Positions 1 to 11,888 of a DNA stretch of 64,000 nt are shown here, piece after piece. The notes beneath the pieces were generated by a model, which ran no database searches, had not been told where the DNA came from, and saw only the letters and a program-made list of their open reading frames with translations. The stretch is from NCBI RefSeq assembly GCF_016432865.1, contig NC_067400.1:624588001-624652000 (forward strand), read 5' to 3'. The stretch is from Antechinus flavipes (Eukaryota). Position 1 is the first letter of the stretch; every line of letters begins with the position of its first letter. The position numbers and the translations under genes were made by a program.

Positions 1-260
1 TCTTTTTGTTATTATTTACTTGCATTTTATTTTTTCTCATTTTTTCCAGTTTGATTTGATTTTTCTTGTGCAGCAAGATAATTGTATAAATATGCATAGA
101 AGAACTGCCCACATTTAATATATATTGGATTACTTGCCATCTAGGAGAGGGGGTGGGGGAAAGGGGGGAAATTTGGAACACAACGTTTTGCAAGGTTCAG
201 TGTTGAAACATTTATCCATGCATATGTTTTGAAAATAAAGAACCTTAATCAAAAAAAAAA
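1..260 (+). mobile_element. Older L1 3' end fragment
   Basis: Motif ttacttgccatctaggagagggggtgggg...AATAAA plus A-tail, shared with the other L1 3' UTRs here. Confidence 0.7.
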
Positions 261-510
261 TTGAATCTCAGCTCCCTAAAGACCCAGGATATTTCATTTG
301 CCTTTTTACCTCCAGGGACTACAACTACAGATAAAATGCTTATTGAAGGTTCTACATCAGAGTCTTAGATATAGAATGAACCAGTCTCTCATTGGTTAAT
401 TATTTTTAAGTTTATTTTATTTGAACAAAACAGAGTAAGAAAAAAAAACCAGAAAAGAAATACAAAACAAAATAAAACATTAATTATGACAGAGTGAAAC
501 GGCTTTGCTA

Positions 511-681
511 ACATATTTAACATATATAGGACTGCTTGCCATCTAGGGGAGGGGGTGGAGGGAGGGAGGGGAAAAATCGGAACAGAAGCGAGTGCAAGGG
601 ATAATGCTGTAAAAAATTACCCTGGCATGGATTCTGTCAATATAAAGTTATTATAAAATAAAATAAAATATTTAAAAAAAA
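511..681 (+). mobile_element. 5'-truncated young L1 (3' UTR plus poly-A) with 14-bp TSD
   Basis: TSD AAACGGCTTTGCTA at 497-510 and 682-695. 3' UTR is nearly identical to that of the L1 at 26773-27666. Confidence 0.88.
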
Positions 682-1745
682 AAACGGCTTTGCTAGAAGT
701 AGCAGAAGGCAAGACAATGAGCCTGGCAGGAGTAGCTGCTATGTGAGTGCCTGCATTAATGGTACCTTGGGCTCTGCCACTGGAACGACACTAATTGATG
801 TATTTTATTGTTGTCCTTCTACCTCAGCCTGTACCTGGGCATTGGGTGTGAGCTGCCTGGACTGTGCTTTTTTAGTAGGGTACGAGGAGAGCTGCGGCTT
901 TGTTCCAGGAGAAAGTCTCCAGCGCGAGCTCCCTCCTCCGGCTTTATCCAAGAAGAACTCAAGGGTATTTGCATGCTCCTGGCACTTTCCAGGCTAGGGG
1001 CATGAAGGGAATTGAGAGACATTTTTTCGCCTGGAAAGAAACGGGGTTACTGAAGTGAAAGGGAAGACATGGGTACCTCCAGGTGCACAAAGCTAGGACT
1101 GTTTCCTGCAGAGAAGAGGCTGCCTGGAAGCTTTCAATGAATAGACCACCCCCCAAAATGTCCTAATCGAGCAAAATCATCAGGAGACAGTTGTTCAGCA
1201 GATAACCAGCAGATGGCAGCATAGTAGAGCTCTACAATGGACACTAAAGGCTACTAGTTCAAAAGGGAGACGGAGGCTCAGTGGATGCTAGCACCCGACT
1301 GGTAGGTAACGGCCAGGGGCAAAAGACAGAGACCGGATGGGATGCAAGTACTGGATACCCCAGTGACCTCTGTTTCCTCCTGTTTCCTCTTGCCCAAAGG
1401 AGATTTGCTGACCCACTGAAGGGTGCATGTATTATAGGGGAGATTTCCCTTATTTGCTCTGCCACAGCTTGATTCCCTTTGGCTTTCAGCTTGTCTCCTA
1501 GTTTTGTCTGGTTGTTAGAGACTTGGTTCCAAAGAGGCCTTGGGAATCGGGGTTTTAAATACCCCCAAAGTGCCTTGAATTTAATACAGTTTTCAAGGAT
1601 TTCTGTTCAATAGTGTCCAGGCTAGTCTCGTGCATCATTACATCACAAATTTCCGGAGTGCCCTATGGGCCAATCCTTAGTTCTAAAGTGATGATCCCGC
1701 CTTAGTCTGAAGACCTCCAAGAAGGGAAACCCCATGCCCTCTCAA

Positions 1746-2107
1746 GGCAGCCCCCTCCATTAGTGGATGATTTTGCTAAGATGTTTTGTTCCTAACTCAG
1801 TGCTTAATTTGGAGACTCTCTTTGATGATCCGTAGCCCCCTTTGTGATCCTTGCCCATGTTCTTCCATGTGGGCAGCCCCCTCCATTAGCGGGTGATTAG
1901 TGGATGTTTTTTTCCTAACTCAGTGCTTAATTTGGAATCTCTCTGATGATCGGTAGCCCCCTTTGTGATCCTTGCCCATGTTCTTCCATGTTGGCAGCCC
2001 CCTCCATTAGTGGGTGATTAGTGGATGTTTTTTTCCCTAATTCAATGCTTAATTTGGAAACTCTCTTTGATGATCGGTAGCCCCCTTTGTGATTCTTGCC
2101 CATGTTC
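1746..2107. repeat. Three diverged tandem copies of a ~121-126-bp unit
   Basis: GGCAGCCCCCTCCATTAG starts at 1746, 1872 and 1993. Confidence 0.9.
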
Positions 2108-3437
2108 GCCTTGGGGTATTGAATCTAACTTGCAGGATTTTTCCTGATCCCTGAAGGACATTGTGGCTATCCACCTGTTGTGAATTTTCTTCCTAGCCTA
2201 GATTTATCCTTCATACTTGTTCCCTGAAGTCACTCATGGGTTACATCTTTCAGGCTTCCCATACTCATCCGGCAATAATCATTAATCATTTTTATAATCA
2301 TTTTTAATTCAGAGACTGGTTCATTTCATAATTCACTGCCATACGACGATGTGGGTAGAACGCTATTAAAGACAGATTCTTGATACCAATGGAAGTCAGG
2401 GATGATGAAGAGCAACTTTCTAAAGGCAATCCTCCCTGCTCTCCACCTCCCATTCTGTACTGGACCCCACGTTTTCCCTCGCACCCTCTATCCTAGATAG
2501 ACACGACGTTGGACAAATTCACGGGAACAGCGGAAGCTGTATTCTTCAGGAAAAAGCCCTAGGTGATGGAAATCTCTGTGGCGAAGGTTAGCCTTCACTT
2601 CTCTAGTGTATCGGTAGACTTGCATCATAGATGCCCATGGAAAAAGTATTTTTGGTACTTAATGGTGGCAGATTGAGGTGGATCCTAATTCCAGCCTCTA
2701 CAAGACCCGGGAATCCAGAAGAGGCTTAAAGAAAAATACCGCGAGGCAACTTCCCGTCCATCTCTGACATCATCCACCCCTTTAGAGTCCTAGCCTCAGC
2801 CATAAACACAGCTGGACCGAGTTTTGCCCAAACTATCCCGTCGGACAAGATTTCATCCCAATTTTACTATCGTCTCAATGTTTATCCAAAGTCAAATTCA
2901 ACCAACCCAGGCCTCAACTCTATTCCACATAATTCAAGCCCAATTTCTGGGAGAATCTCAGAGTTCTCATCTTTGAGGGCCACCCAAAGAGCCCATTCTT
3001 GCCCATAGCAGACGACCTCCTCTGGAACTCGTTAATCCCACCCTCAGTCTCCCAATTTGTAAAGTGACTGGATTGAACAAAACCACCTCCTTTTTTGTTT
3101 GTCTTGGGTAAGAATCTAACTTGCTGGAGTGTTCCTGACACATTGTGGGCAATAGGAGATTGTGGCTACGTCCCTGTCATCCCTCTCATTTTTTTCTACA
3201 TTTCCTTATCTTTCACTCTTATTCCCTGAAGTCCCTCCTCAGCCCATCCACAGAACAGACTTCGGCCCAGTCCCACCCTTGGCCACATCCCCGGCTCATC
3301 TGAAGCTCCCCTGGGCCCCGACCTTTTGCTCGTGGCTGCGATAGAACGGAGGTCCCTGGGGGCTCTTCCTGAGGTCTTGGAGCAATGCCTTCCTATTGTT
3401 GTAGAGAGGAGAGCGGAGGCAGAGCTGGGGTTGAGGT

Positions 3438-3443
3438 TTTATT
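3438..3443 (-). terminator. TSKS polyadenylation signal overlapping the stop codon
   Basis: Minus strand reads GAG CAA TAA A, so the last codon and the stop form AATAAA. Confidence 0.75.
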
Positions 3444-6400
3444 GCTCAGGCGCAGGCCCCCCACGTTTTGGAGGGGCTCCTCCGCTGCTCCCTCCCCCCA
3501 GGCTCGTGGCTGATCCCTCTAGTGGGAGGCTGCTGAGCTGGTCATGGAGGGAACACATCTTCAGATGCAGGTAGTCCAAAGCAGCCACTTTCTCCCTGCC
3601 AGAGGAGGGGGAAGAGGAGAGGGAGGGAGGAGGAGAGAGAGAGTGCTTAGATACTGGGCCTGGGACCATTAGCGATCCATCATAGGCTCTGAGGTTGGGG
3701 TCAGGAGGAGCTCATGAGGTCAGGGGTTAGAGGGAGCTCTAGAGGGTCAGGGGTCACAGGTCTTCCTCCTTTCAGGGATCACACTAGGACCAGGAGATAG
3801 GTGGACAAGAGCACAATCCTAAGAGGCAGTGGTTTCAGGACACATTGGGGTCGGGTGGGATTGTGAGGTGGGGTCAGGGGTCAGGACCCTCACTCAGGCT
3901 TCATCTTGTCTGTCAGCAGGAGGTTCTTGGCCCTGAGGGCCTCATCTTGAGCCAGCCTCAGAGTGGAGCTCAGAGCCTCAGCCCGCACGTGCTTTGCTAG
4001 TGCCTGGCGCTCTAATTCCTGCAGTGACAGGATGGAGGGCTGGGGTCTTCCTGCTGCCCACTCCCACTCCCCTGACCCCCGCCCTCCCAGCACTTCCAGA
4101 CTCCTGCGTACCAGGATCTTCTTGTGAAGGCGCTGGCAGCTGGGGCACGCCGGTGCCAGGCCGCGCTGCTTCACTTCGTCCACCAGGGGCGTCAGGGCCC
4201 GCTCCAGGAGCTGCTGCAGGGACTCGGACGACAGCTGCTGCCCCTGGCTGGGGGCGGTGGGCTCAGACTCCGGCCCTCCCCACCCCCACCCAGGAGCTTC
4301 CCCTCCCCCCATCTATCCCCGAGGACCCGCCTCTCCAGGTCACACACCCAGCTCGGGCCCAGGTGCGGCCCCTGCCAACCCGGGAGCCCCCGCGGCTTTA
4401 CCTGCCGCAGCGAGTGCAGGAGCCCGGCCGGTCCAAGGTCATGGAGAGCTCGGAGCCGCGACGGGCGCTGCCCAGCTGTCGACCTAACTCCTCCAGCACG
4501 GGCTTCACCGGACCCAGGCCCTCCAGCTCCCCGCGCAGTGAAGCCACGGACACCGCCGAGCGCTCCACCCTGGGGGCAGGGCAGATGGGGAAGGCTCAGC
4601 GGCCGCGTCCCCGCTGGGAACCCAATTAGGGCCGCTCGGCTGGGAGCCAGCTCGGGACCGGCCGGGTCCTGCCTTCCATCCTTCTACAGCCCTTTCGGCT
4701 CCCGAATGGCCCCACCCTCTCGGAAGCTACAGGGTTGGGGCTTGGCCCCTGTGGTCCGAGTGGACCGCGGATCAGCCCTCCCGGCCTACTCGCGAGGATG
4801 AGGATTGGGGCTGGGGGGGATGAGGATTGGGGGGTGCGGAGGATGAGGATTGGGGCTCCGGGGTAGGAGAGCGGGGCACCCGGGGAGGGGCCTCACATGG
4901 TGCAGAGCTCGTCCGCCCGGCCCCGCAGCTCCTGGAGGCCCCGCGCAGTCTGGGCCTGCTCCCTCTGGGCCCGCTCCCACTGGCCCAGGAAGCCGTCCAG
5001 CCGCCCCCCGAGGCCTCCGAGCAAGCGAAGTGCCTCTTGCACGGCGCCCTCCTCCTGATACCAGCGCGCAGTCAGCGAGGACACCTCTCTCCTGCACGGG
5101 GAACAGTGCCCGGCGCTCGGGGTCTGCCTGCTCCAGGAGCAGGACCCCAAAGCCTCACGAATTGCCCCTCCTCCCCATCCTGACCCCTTCCCCTCCGCTC
5201 CCCTCAGCCAGGCTGGAAGGTCCTTTCCGTCCTCTCCACTTCACTGCCTCGAATCACCTCCCGCTTTCCAGGTTGGCCACGCCCCCTCGTGAAAGGGCGT
5301 GTCCCACTATGGCTCCTCCCTCTCACCCCTAACCACTTCCCAGAGCAATCCCTTCCAAAACGGTTCTGGGAATATGAGCTCCCAGTTGGCCACATCCCGT
5401 CAGAAAAGGCGTGCCCCAGTATGGCTCCTCCCCCGCCCAAGTGGCCCCGCCCACTCCGTTTGAGAAGGCGTGTCCTGTGCTCCCTGGGTAGTCCCACCCT
5501 CTACATCCTAAAATGACTCGAAATCCTAGTCTCAGCTCCAAGACTGGTTCCCCCCACCTACAGAGTCTCGGTTACCTTCCCGCCCAGCCGGCCCAAAGAG
5601 CTCCGCCCCTCTGTCCCTACATAGGGCCCAGCGTCCCCTCCCCCCCCCCCCCACTCCGGCCTGGCAGGCCTGGGGTCACCTGAGCTCCTCCAGGCCGGCG
5701 GTGACCTTCTGAAGCTCCAGCTCTCCGCTGTCTCCTGTGCGGCCCTGGCCCTGGCCCTCGCTCTGGGCCTCGGACCCATCTCCGGGGACGGCTGTGACTC
5801 GGGGTCCGGGGGCCTCCGTGGGGCTGCCCATCAGGAGCATGGACGTGGGCCCGGAGACGAGCACGGCCCCAGGCTCCAGCTCCGGGTCTGGGTGCAGCTG
5901 GGGCTCGGGCTGGAGCTGGGACTCGGGTTCGGCCTGGGCCAGGATCTCTTCGGGGCTCGAAGTGGGGCAGGAGGAGACCATCGAGTGACGGGACAGTCCG
6001 GTCTCCATCTGCTGCTCCAGTTCCAACTGCTCAGCCTCCTGCCTTCTGGGGGGCTCATCCTGCAGCTGCTGCTGGAGGAACCGGAGTTTCTCCTGGGGAG
6101 GTGAGAGGGGAGCCCTGCTGGGAGCCTGGCCCCATCCCTCTCGCTGCCCCTGGGAGATGGGCGGGTGTCCGTGGGCTTAGGGCGCCAGATGACCAAGGCC
6201 AGCTCATTGGGAGGTGCTTCTGCCGGCCTGACTTCCCGCCCACCAGCCTTGGAGGCTCTGGACTCTCTGGCCGGGCCCAGCGCCCGCCCCGGGACCCAGG
6301 TGTCCCTCACCTCCAGCAGGGCCGAGTTCTGCTTCAGGACGTTTGTCTTTATCTCAGCGTCTTCCACTGAGCGGGTCACCTTCCGGCAATTCTCCTGGGA

Positions 6401-9123
6401 CCGGACAGCTGGGGCTGGGGGTGGGGGCTAGGGGAGGAAGCCCTCCCCCGGGGTGCAGGGGCTCCCCTGGGGCCCAGCCGCGGGCTAGCCCCCAGCCCGG
6501 CTCTAACGCCATGACCACACCCACGGGCCTCCCCTGGACCCGCCTGCAGCTCGGCTACTCCTTTCCTAACCGCGCCCACTCCAGGCGCGGCCTCTGGCTA
6601 CGGCCCGCTCCCCACCGCGGAGGCCCCGCCCCCAGGCCCCGCCCCCCTCCCCGAGGCCCCGCCGCCCCGCCCCGAGGAGCCCCGCTCACCTTGAGCTGGC
6701 TGCAGTAGCCCTCCAGCTCCTCCGCCTCCTGCCTCCTCCGCTCCAGGTTCTCGCTCAGCACGGAGCACTCGCTCTGCGGGAGGAGAGGCCCAGGGCGGGA
6801 CAAGAGTTGGGGGCCGGCAGGAGGGGTGGGGGGCTGGGGGCCCGCGCAGGCTCTGGACCGAGAGACACTGGCATTTCCTGGGGCCGGCAGGGGTCCCCCT
6901 CCCCTCCCTCCAGGATTCACGCGGGGCGGGGCCCGGGGGGACCCTGGGAAGGGGAGGGGGCTGTTCCAGGCAGCGGCTGCTGGGACCTGAAGCGACTGCA
7001 CGTGCTGATTGACCCGAGTGGTTTTCTCCTTGAGGCTGGTGATGGAGTCCTTGGCTCGCAGCAAGCCGCTGTTCACCCCGTTCTGTAGGAAATGGAGGGG
7101 GCGGGGGACAGCGCCCCGGATTTAGCTGCTCGTGTTCCCAGCCCTGGAGCCGGCCAGTGGCGGGGAAGGGGAGCGATCTTTTTGGAGATTCATGGATGCG
7201 GCGCTCAGCGGCCCAAGGGCTTCCTGCCCTGCCAGCCCTACGCCCCAGGTGTAGCCAGCCGGGGCTCCCACTCCTGACCCGTCCAAAGGCAGAGCTGAGG
7301 GCAGCGGGGGGCTGGGGCTTGCCGGACACGCAGCTACAGCTGCCCCACTGGGTTTCCCAGAGCCCCCTCACTGAGCTGCTCAGTGGCTGCCAGTGGCTCC
7401 AGAGCCCGAGCCTCAGACGCAGGCTCTCCTGGGATCAGGCTAGGGCACCTCCCTTTGTCAGCCACATTGGGCCGGGGCGGTGCCCCCCACTCCCGGGCCT
7501 CTGTAGGGCCCGTCCCCTGTTCCTGGGATCCTCTTGATGACCTCTGCACATCCCCCCCCCACAGACTGAGGTCAGCCTCTCTCTTCCCCGTCCGCCCTTT
7601 CCCGATGGCCCAGGGAGTGGCCTGGTTGCTTCCTAACTGGCCTTTGGCAGCTGGTGGCTCAGCAGACCGGGCCCTCCTAGGCCAGGAGTCAGGGAGCCCT
7701 GCGTGCAGGTGGGTGACCCTGAGCAAATCCCTTAATCTTTGCCTACCTCAGTTTCTTCAACTGTAAAATGAGACCCTCACAGCCCCCACTTCCCAGGGTT
7801 GTACTGGGGTCGAATGAGGTGCTATTTACCCTTGGTATAAACTTCTCCCTTCCCCTTTGTCTGCCGGCCCCCTGCACTTGGCACACAACGGGTGCTTAAT
7901 TAATGTTTGGTGGTGATTAGTTGGTGGCTCGCTGAGGTTCAAGATGGGAGCTTGAAATTGGGCCCTTAGGGCCGCGAGTTCAACGGGCCTAACCCCCAGA
8001 AGGCAACGCCCCCTTTCCTGCTCACTTCCAGTCCCTTTGTCTCCCACCTTCTGGGTCTCCCTGTTTCTGAGTCTCCACAAATGGGGGTGGGGGGATGGGT
8101 TAGCTTCCATTTTGCCCTTCTGATTCTGGACCAGGGAGGGAGGGGGTGTGGAAGCCTGGGGCTCCTCAGAAGTGGGTTTGAAAGCCCTTTGCAGAGGCTT
8201 GAGCCTCTGTTCCACAGCCTAGAAACGGCCCCCGGGCGGCCCACCTTCCCCAAGCCCGCCCTGGCTGGCAGGACCCCGGCCTAGAATCCCCCTTTGTTCT
8301 GGAGACCCCAAAGACGAGCCCCGGGCCCTACAAGAGCCTCGGTGGGTCACGGTCGCTCAAGCCCAGGCCCGGAGCCTTGGGTCTAAACAAGAAGCAGGCC
8401 CGGAAAGCAGTCTGGGAGGGAGGCGGGGGCCCTGGCAGCCGAGCCGAGGCGAGGGGGGCGCCGGCCTTACCAGCAGGTCGGCGATGTCGGGGTCGTCGGG
8501 GGCCCAGGTGGGAGCCGAGGATGGCAGGCTCAGGGCCGGGGGGGATGGCGTTCCGGAGGCGGGCAGAGCTGGCAGCTCTTCGGCGGTGGATTCAATCCTG
8601 GAAGAGTCAGGAGGCTCCACGGCTGCCAGGTTGAGGAGGGAGACATTGGTACAGGCTGAGGAGCGCTTCAGGTTCAGGCACCACTGCATGGGCTCGTGGG
8701 ACATCCGGGGCTCCACCCTGGAGGAGGGAGCTGCTCAGTTCCCCTGGCCACCCTTCCCCCTCTCCCAACCCCCGGACCCTCCAGACAAGCCAGTTTTCCC
8801 ATCACCCTTGGGGGCCTGAGCTCTCCCTCTCCCCCCTACCCCCAGCCTCCCAGAAAGCTCCAGGGCTCCAACCTGGAGGCGGCAGCAACTGCCCCAGGGA
8901 CTCCCCGGCTCCCCCTTCTCCCCCTGGCCGGCAAGCCCCAGGCCCCCACCCACCCATGGAAAGACACAGCCTTCTTTTTCTTCGTGATCCCCTTTCCTGG
9001 GCCAGATCCAGCCCCAGGGACCTCAGGCCCCAATGGAGTCCGGTTCTCAGCCCCTGCCGGGGGGTCTCCGGCTTCATGGATCTCCTTGGATTGCCAGATC
9101 GTCTTAACCACCACACTCGCCAT
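3439..9123 (-). CDS. TSKS: Testis-specific serine kinase substrate, 11 coding exons, 624 aa
   Basis: Starts MASVVVKTIWQSKEIHEAGD...KKKKAVSFHG and ends KMCSLHDQLSSLPLEG...PEQ*, matching mammalian TSKS. Exons (minus strand, all GT-AG): 9123-8954, 8717-8471, 7082-6987, 6773-6690, 6394-6311, 6092-5680, 5091-4897, 4569-4402, 4247-4112, 4018-3894, 3595-3439. Sum 1875 nt = 625 codons. Confidence 0.97.
7680..7825 (+). mobile_element. MIR/CORE-SINE fragment in TSKS intron 2
   Basis: gtgaccctgagcaaatcccttaatct...cctcagtttcttcaactgtaaaatg, the MIR core motif. Confidence 0.7.
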
Positions 9124-11346
9124 GATGTGAGTGGTGGGGGCGGGGCCCGGCCCAGGTGCCGGGGAGGGGGGTGGGGGGTCCACCGAGACCCACCACCCAC
9201 TCTGACCCCTGACCCCAGCCTCCGCCAGCCTGCCTCACAAAGGACCCAACCACCTAGAGATACCCTCCTGGGGGTGGGAGGACTCTAGAATCTATGAATC
9301 CAGCCCCTCCTCCTGTCCTAGAACTACAGTGGACTCTCCCAGGGCTCAAACCAGAACCTCTGGAGGAATGGAATGGGGAGTCCTTTCCCCCGCCTCTGCC
9401 CCCCAGAAGGGGAGCTCCCCAGTGACATTTCCAGGACAGCCCCATGAACCATCTCATGGGGTCTAGGAGGGGAGACATCCCGTCCATTTATAATTCACAA
9501 AGAACTTCGTGGGAATCAGAAGGGCAAAATGGCCTGAAACTCCCACGATCCAGCCTGCTGAACTTGGGGGAAGGGGACGATTTATTCACATTCACAGGGT
9601 AAGTAGCTTTAAGAAGCTGGAAACAGAGAACAAGTTCTAAACGGAGCCTGAAATCCTGATTTCTCCCAAGCGGGAGAACGAGGATCAGGGTCACAGAAAG
9701 GCTTTCCCCAACGCCTCCCCCTAGAACTTGGAACGGCCTTTTTCTGGCTTTGTTCCTAGAATCCTCAGAGGGAAATTCACCGGTTCCGTTGGGATGAGGT
9801 AAGTGTCCCGATACTGAGTCCAAAGGGCCTTAACACGAAGCCCTCCCTGTGCAGAGAGGAGAAGCCAGCCCCCCCCCTCTCCAGATGTGGGGGACCTTCC
9901 GGGGCTTCCGTTCTTGAGCACAGTCACGGACGGCTTTTTTATCTCCTTTCTGGGGAAACTGAGTGCAGATTTCTCATCCCAGAGGGTGCCAGAAACCAAC
10001 AGCAGAAGAGCCCGTGGACTTCAGGCTGTGAAGGGTGGGGGGGAGGATATTAAATGATAGAATTCAACTCAATAAACATCATTTAAATGCCTCCTGTATT
10101 CATGATTCAGTGCTTGGTCCAGGGATGTGTAAAAAGCCAACTGCTTTCAGTCTAAGGAAGCACCTCCTGTGCAGAGAAAGTAACATGGCTGAGATCACTC
10201 CCATTTTAGGCAAGAATGCTTTCTGCCTGAACCAGTCTGGACGGAGGGTGAACGGGGCCCGTACACCTCTGTAGACGATCAAAGCCGTGGCAGAGCTCTC
10301 AGAAACGCATTGGGAAAGGAGTTCCCAGGCCCGGATCTGAGAAATGGAGCCAGCCTGGCCCCATGGAGCCGGGGTGCCTCGGTGACAATCACTGGCTCCG
10401 CCATGTCTTGGAGAGGGCCCCGTGTGGGAAATCCCAGCCAAGAAGCCTTGAACTCTTCCCTCAGCCTTGTGCTCCCAACATCTGTCTCGCTACAGAAAAG
10501 ATTATATAATTGTTCCTGCATTATCCAGATGTTTTCTGGGAATTTTGCTTCAACCACAGAGGCCGGGAGATAACCAGGGCCAGACATGACTGCGAACTGA
10601 GGCGTTAGGAAGTCTCTGGGCTTAGAGGGACTCTGACCGAACTCACAACTTTTCATCCCCGTTCATCTATAAACAGGAATTATTTAACAACAGAGAGGAC
10701 TAAACTAAATGGATTTTAAGGGCTCCCAGATTCCCTACCTTCCCCCTCTCCCCACTTCAAATGAATCATAATAGCACCTTGTTACGTAAATAAAGACATG
10801 CTGGGTAATGGCGAGGGCAATGGAGAGATGGGAGAAAGAAGATTCACTTGTGGGAATCAGGAAAGGTTCCAAGTTAGTAGCTGAGTGAACCTAAGGGGAT
10901 AAGGACCCTAAAGGTGGGGATGAAAAGCAGGTCTGTCCCAGGCCTGGGGGAGACCTAGAACGGGCCGGACACAGAAGATGGATTGCCACGGAAGTCAGTT
11001 TGACTAGAACATCTCCGGGCCCTGATGGCAGGTCACCGCGTTAATTATTCATCGAGGCCGGCAATATCTACCTGAGCCATCAGCCCACTGGCATTATCAG
11101 TTTCTCTCTGGCACTTGCCAGGCTCACCTCAAGGCTAAAGGCTCTTTGGAAACCTAAGGGCACACTCCCTTCCAATTTTTAGACTTCATCCCCCACTCTA
11201 AGCCTAAATGGTTTGGACTCGCACCCATTGGCCGGGTTTGAAATTAATTTAGGAGATGAAATAGATTTCATCCAAAATAGTGAAATATCAATATTTCTAT
11301 CTATGCATAAAGAGCTGCTGAGCCACTACCCCATCGGGGGGCTCTC

Positions 11347-11888
11347 TTGAATCCACATATTCAGAAACTCGGCAGGCAGGGATCACACAGTTTGTTTCCC
11401 CTCTCACATAATAGTATTTTTTCAAGTATACAACATTCAATTTTATAAGATGCTGAATTCTGAATTTTTTCCTCCCTCCTTCCCGAGACAGCAAGCAATC
11501 TGATATAGATTATACAGTACAAACATATTAAACTTTTTTTTTTTTTTGCTGAGGTAATTAGGGTTGAGTGACTTGCCCTGGGTCACACAGTTAGGAAGTA
11601 TTAAATGTCTGAGATCAGATTTGAACTCAGGTCCTCCTGACTTCAGGGCTGGTGCTCTAGCCACTGTTCCACCTAGCTGCCCCTTGAATTCACATATTCA
11701 GAAACTCGGCAGGCAGGGATCACATAGTTTACGGCTTCCTCTCCCGCGCAATTAGTATTTTATTTTTCAATTATATAATATTCACTTTTATAAGATGCTG
11801 AATTCTGAATTTTTTCCTCCCTCCTTCCCAAGACAGCAAGCAATCTGATAAAGATTATACAATTATGTACAATCATATAAAACATATT
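11347..11888 (+). repeat. ~185-200-bp direct repeats flanking a WSINE1
   Basis: TTGAAT.CACATATTCAGAAACTCGGCAGGCAGGGATCAC...AACATATT at 11347-11529 and 11684-11888. Confidence 0.85.
11534..11683 (-). mobile_element. WSINE1-like marsupial SINE
   Basis: Minus strand GGGGCAGCTAGGTGG...AGAGCACCAGCCCTGAAGTCAGGAGGACCTGAGTTCAAATC...CAAGTCACTCAACCC...A-tail (tRNA-derived head with A and B boxes). Confidence 0.85.
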
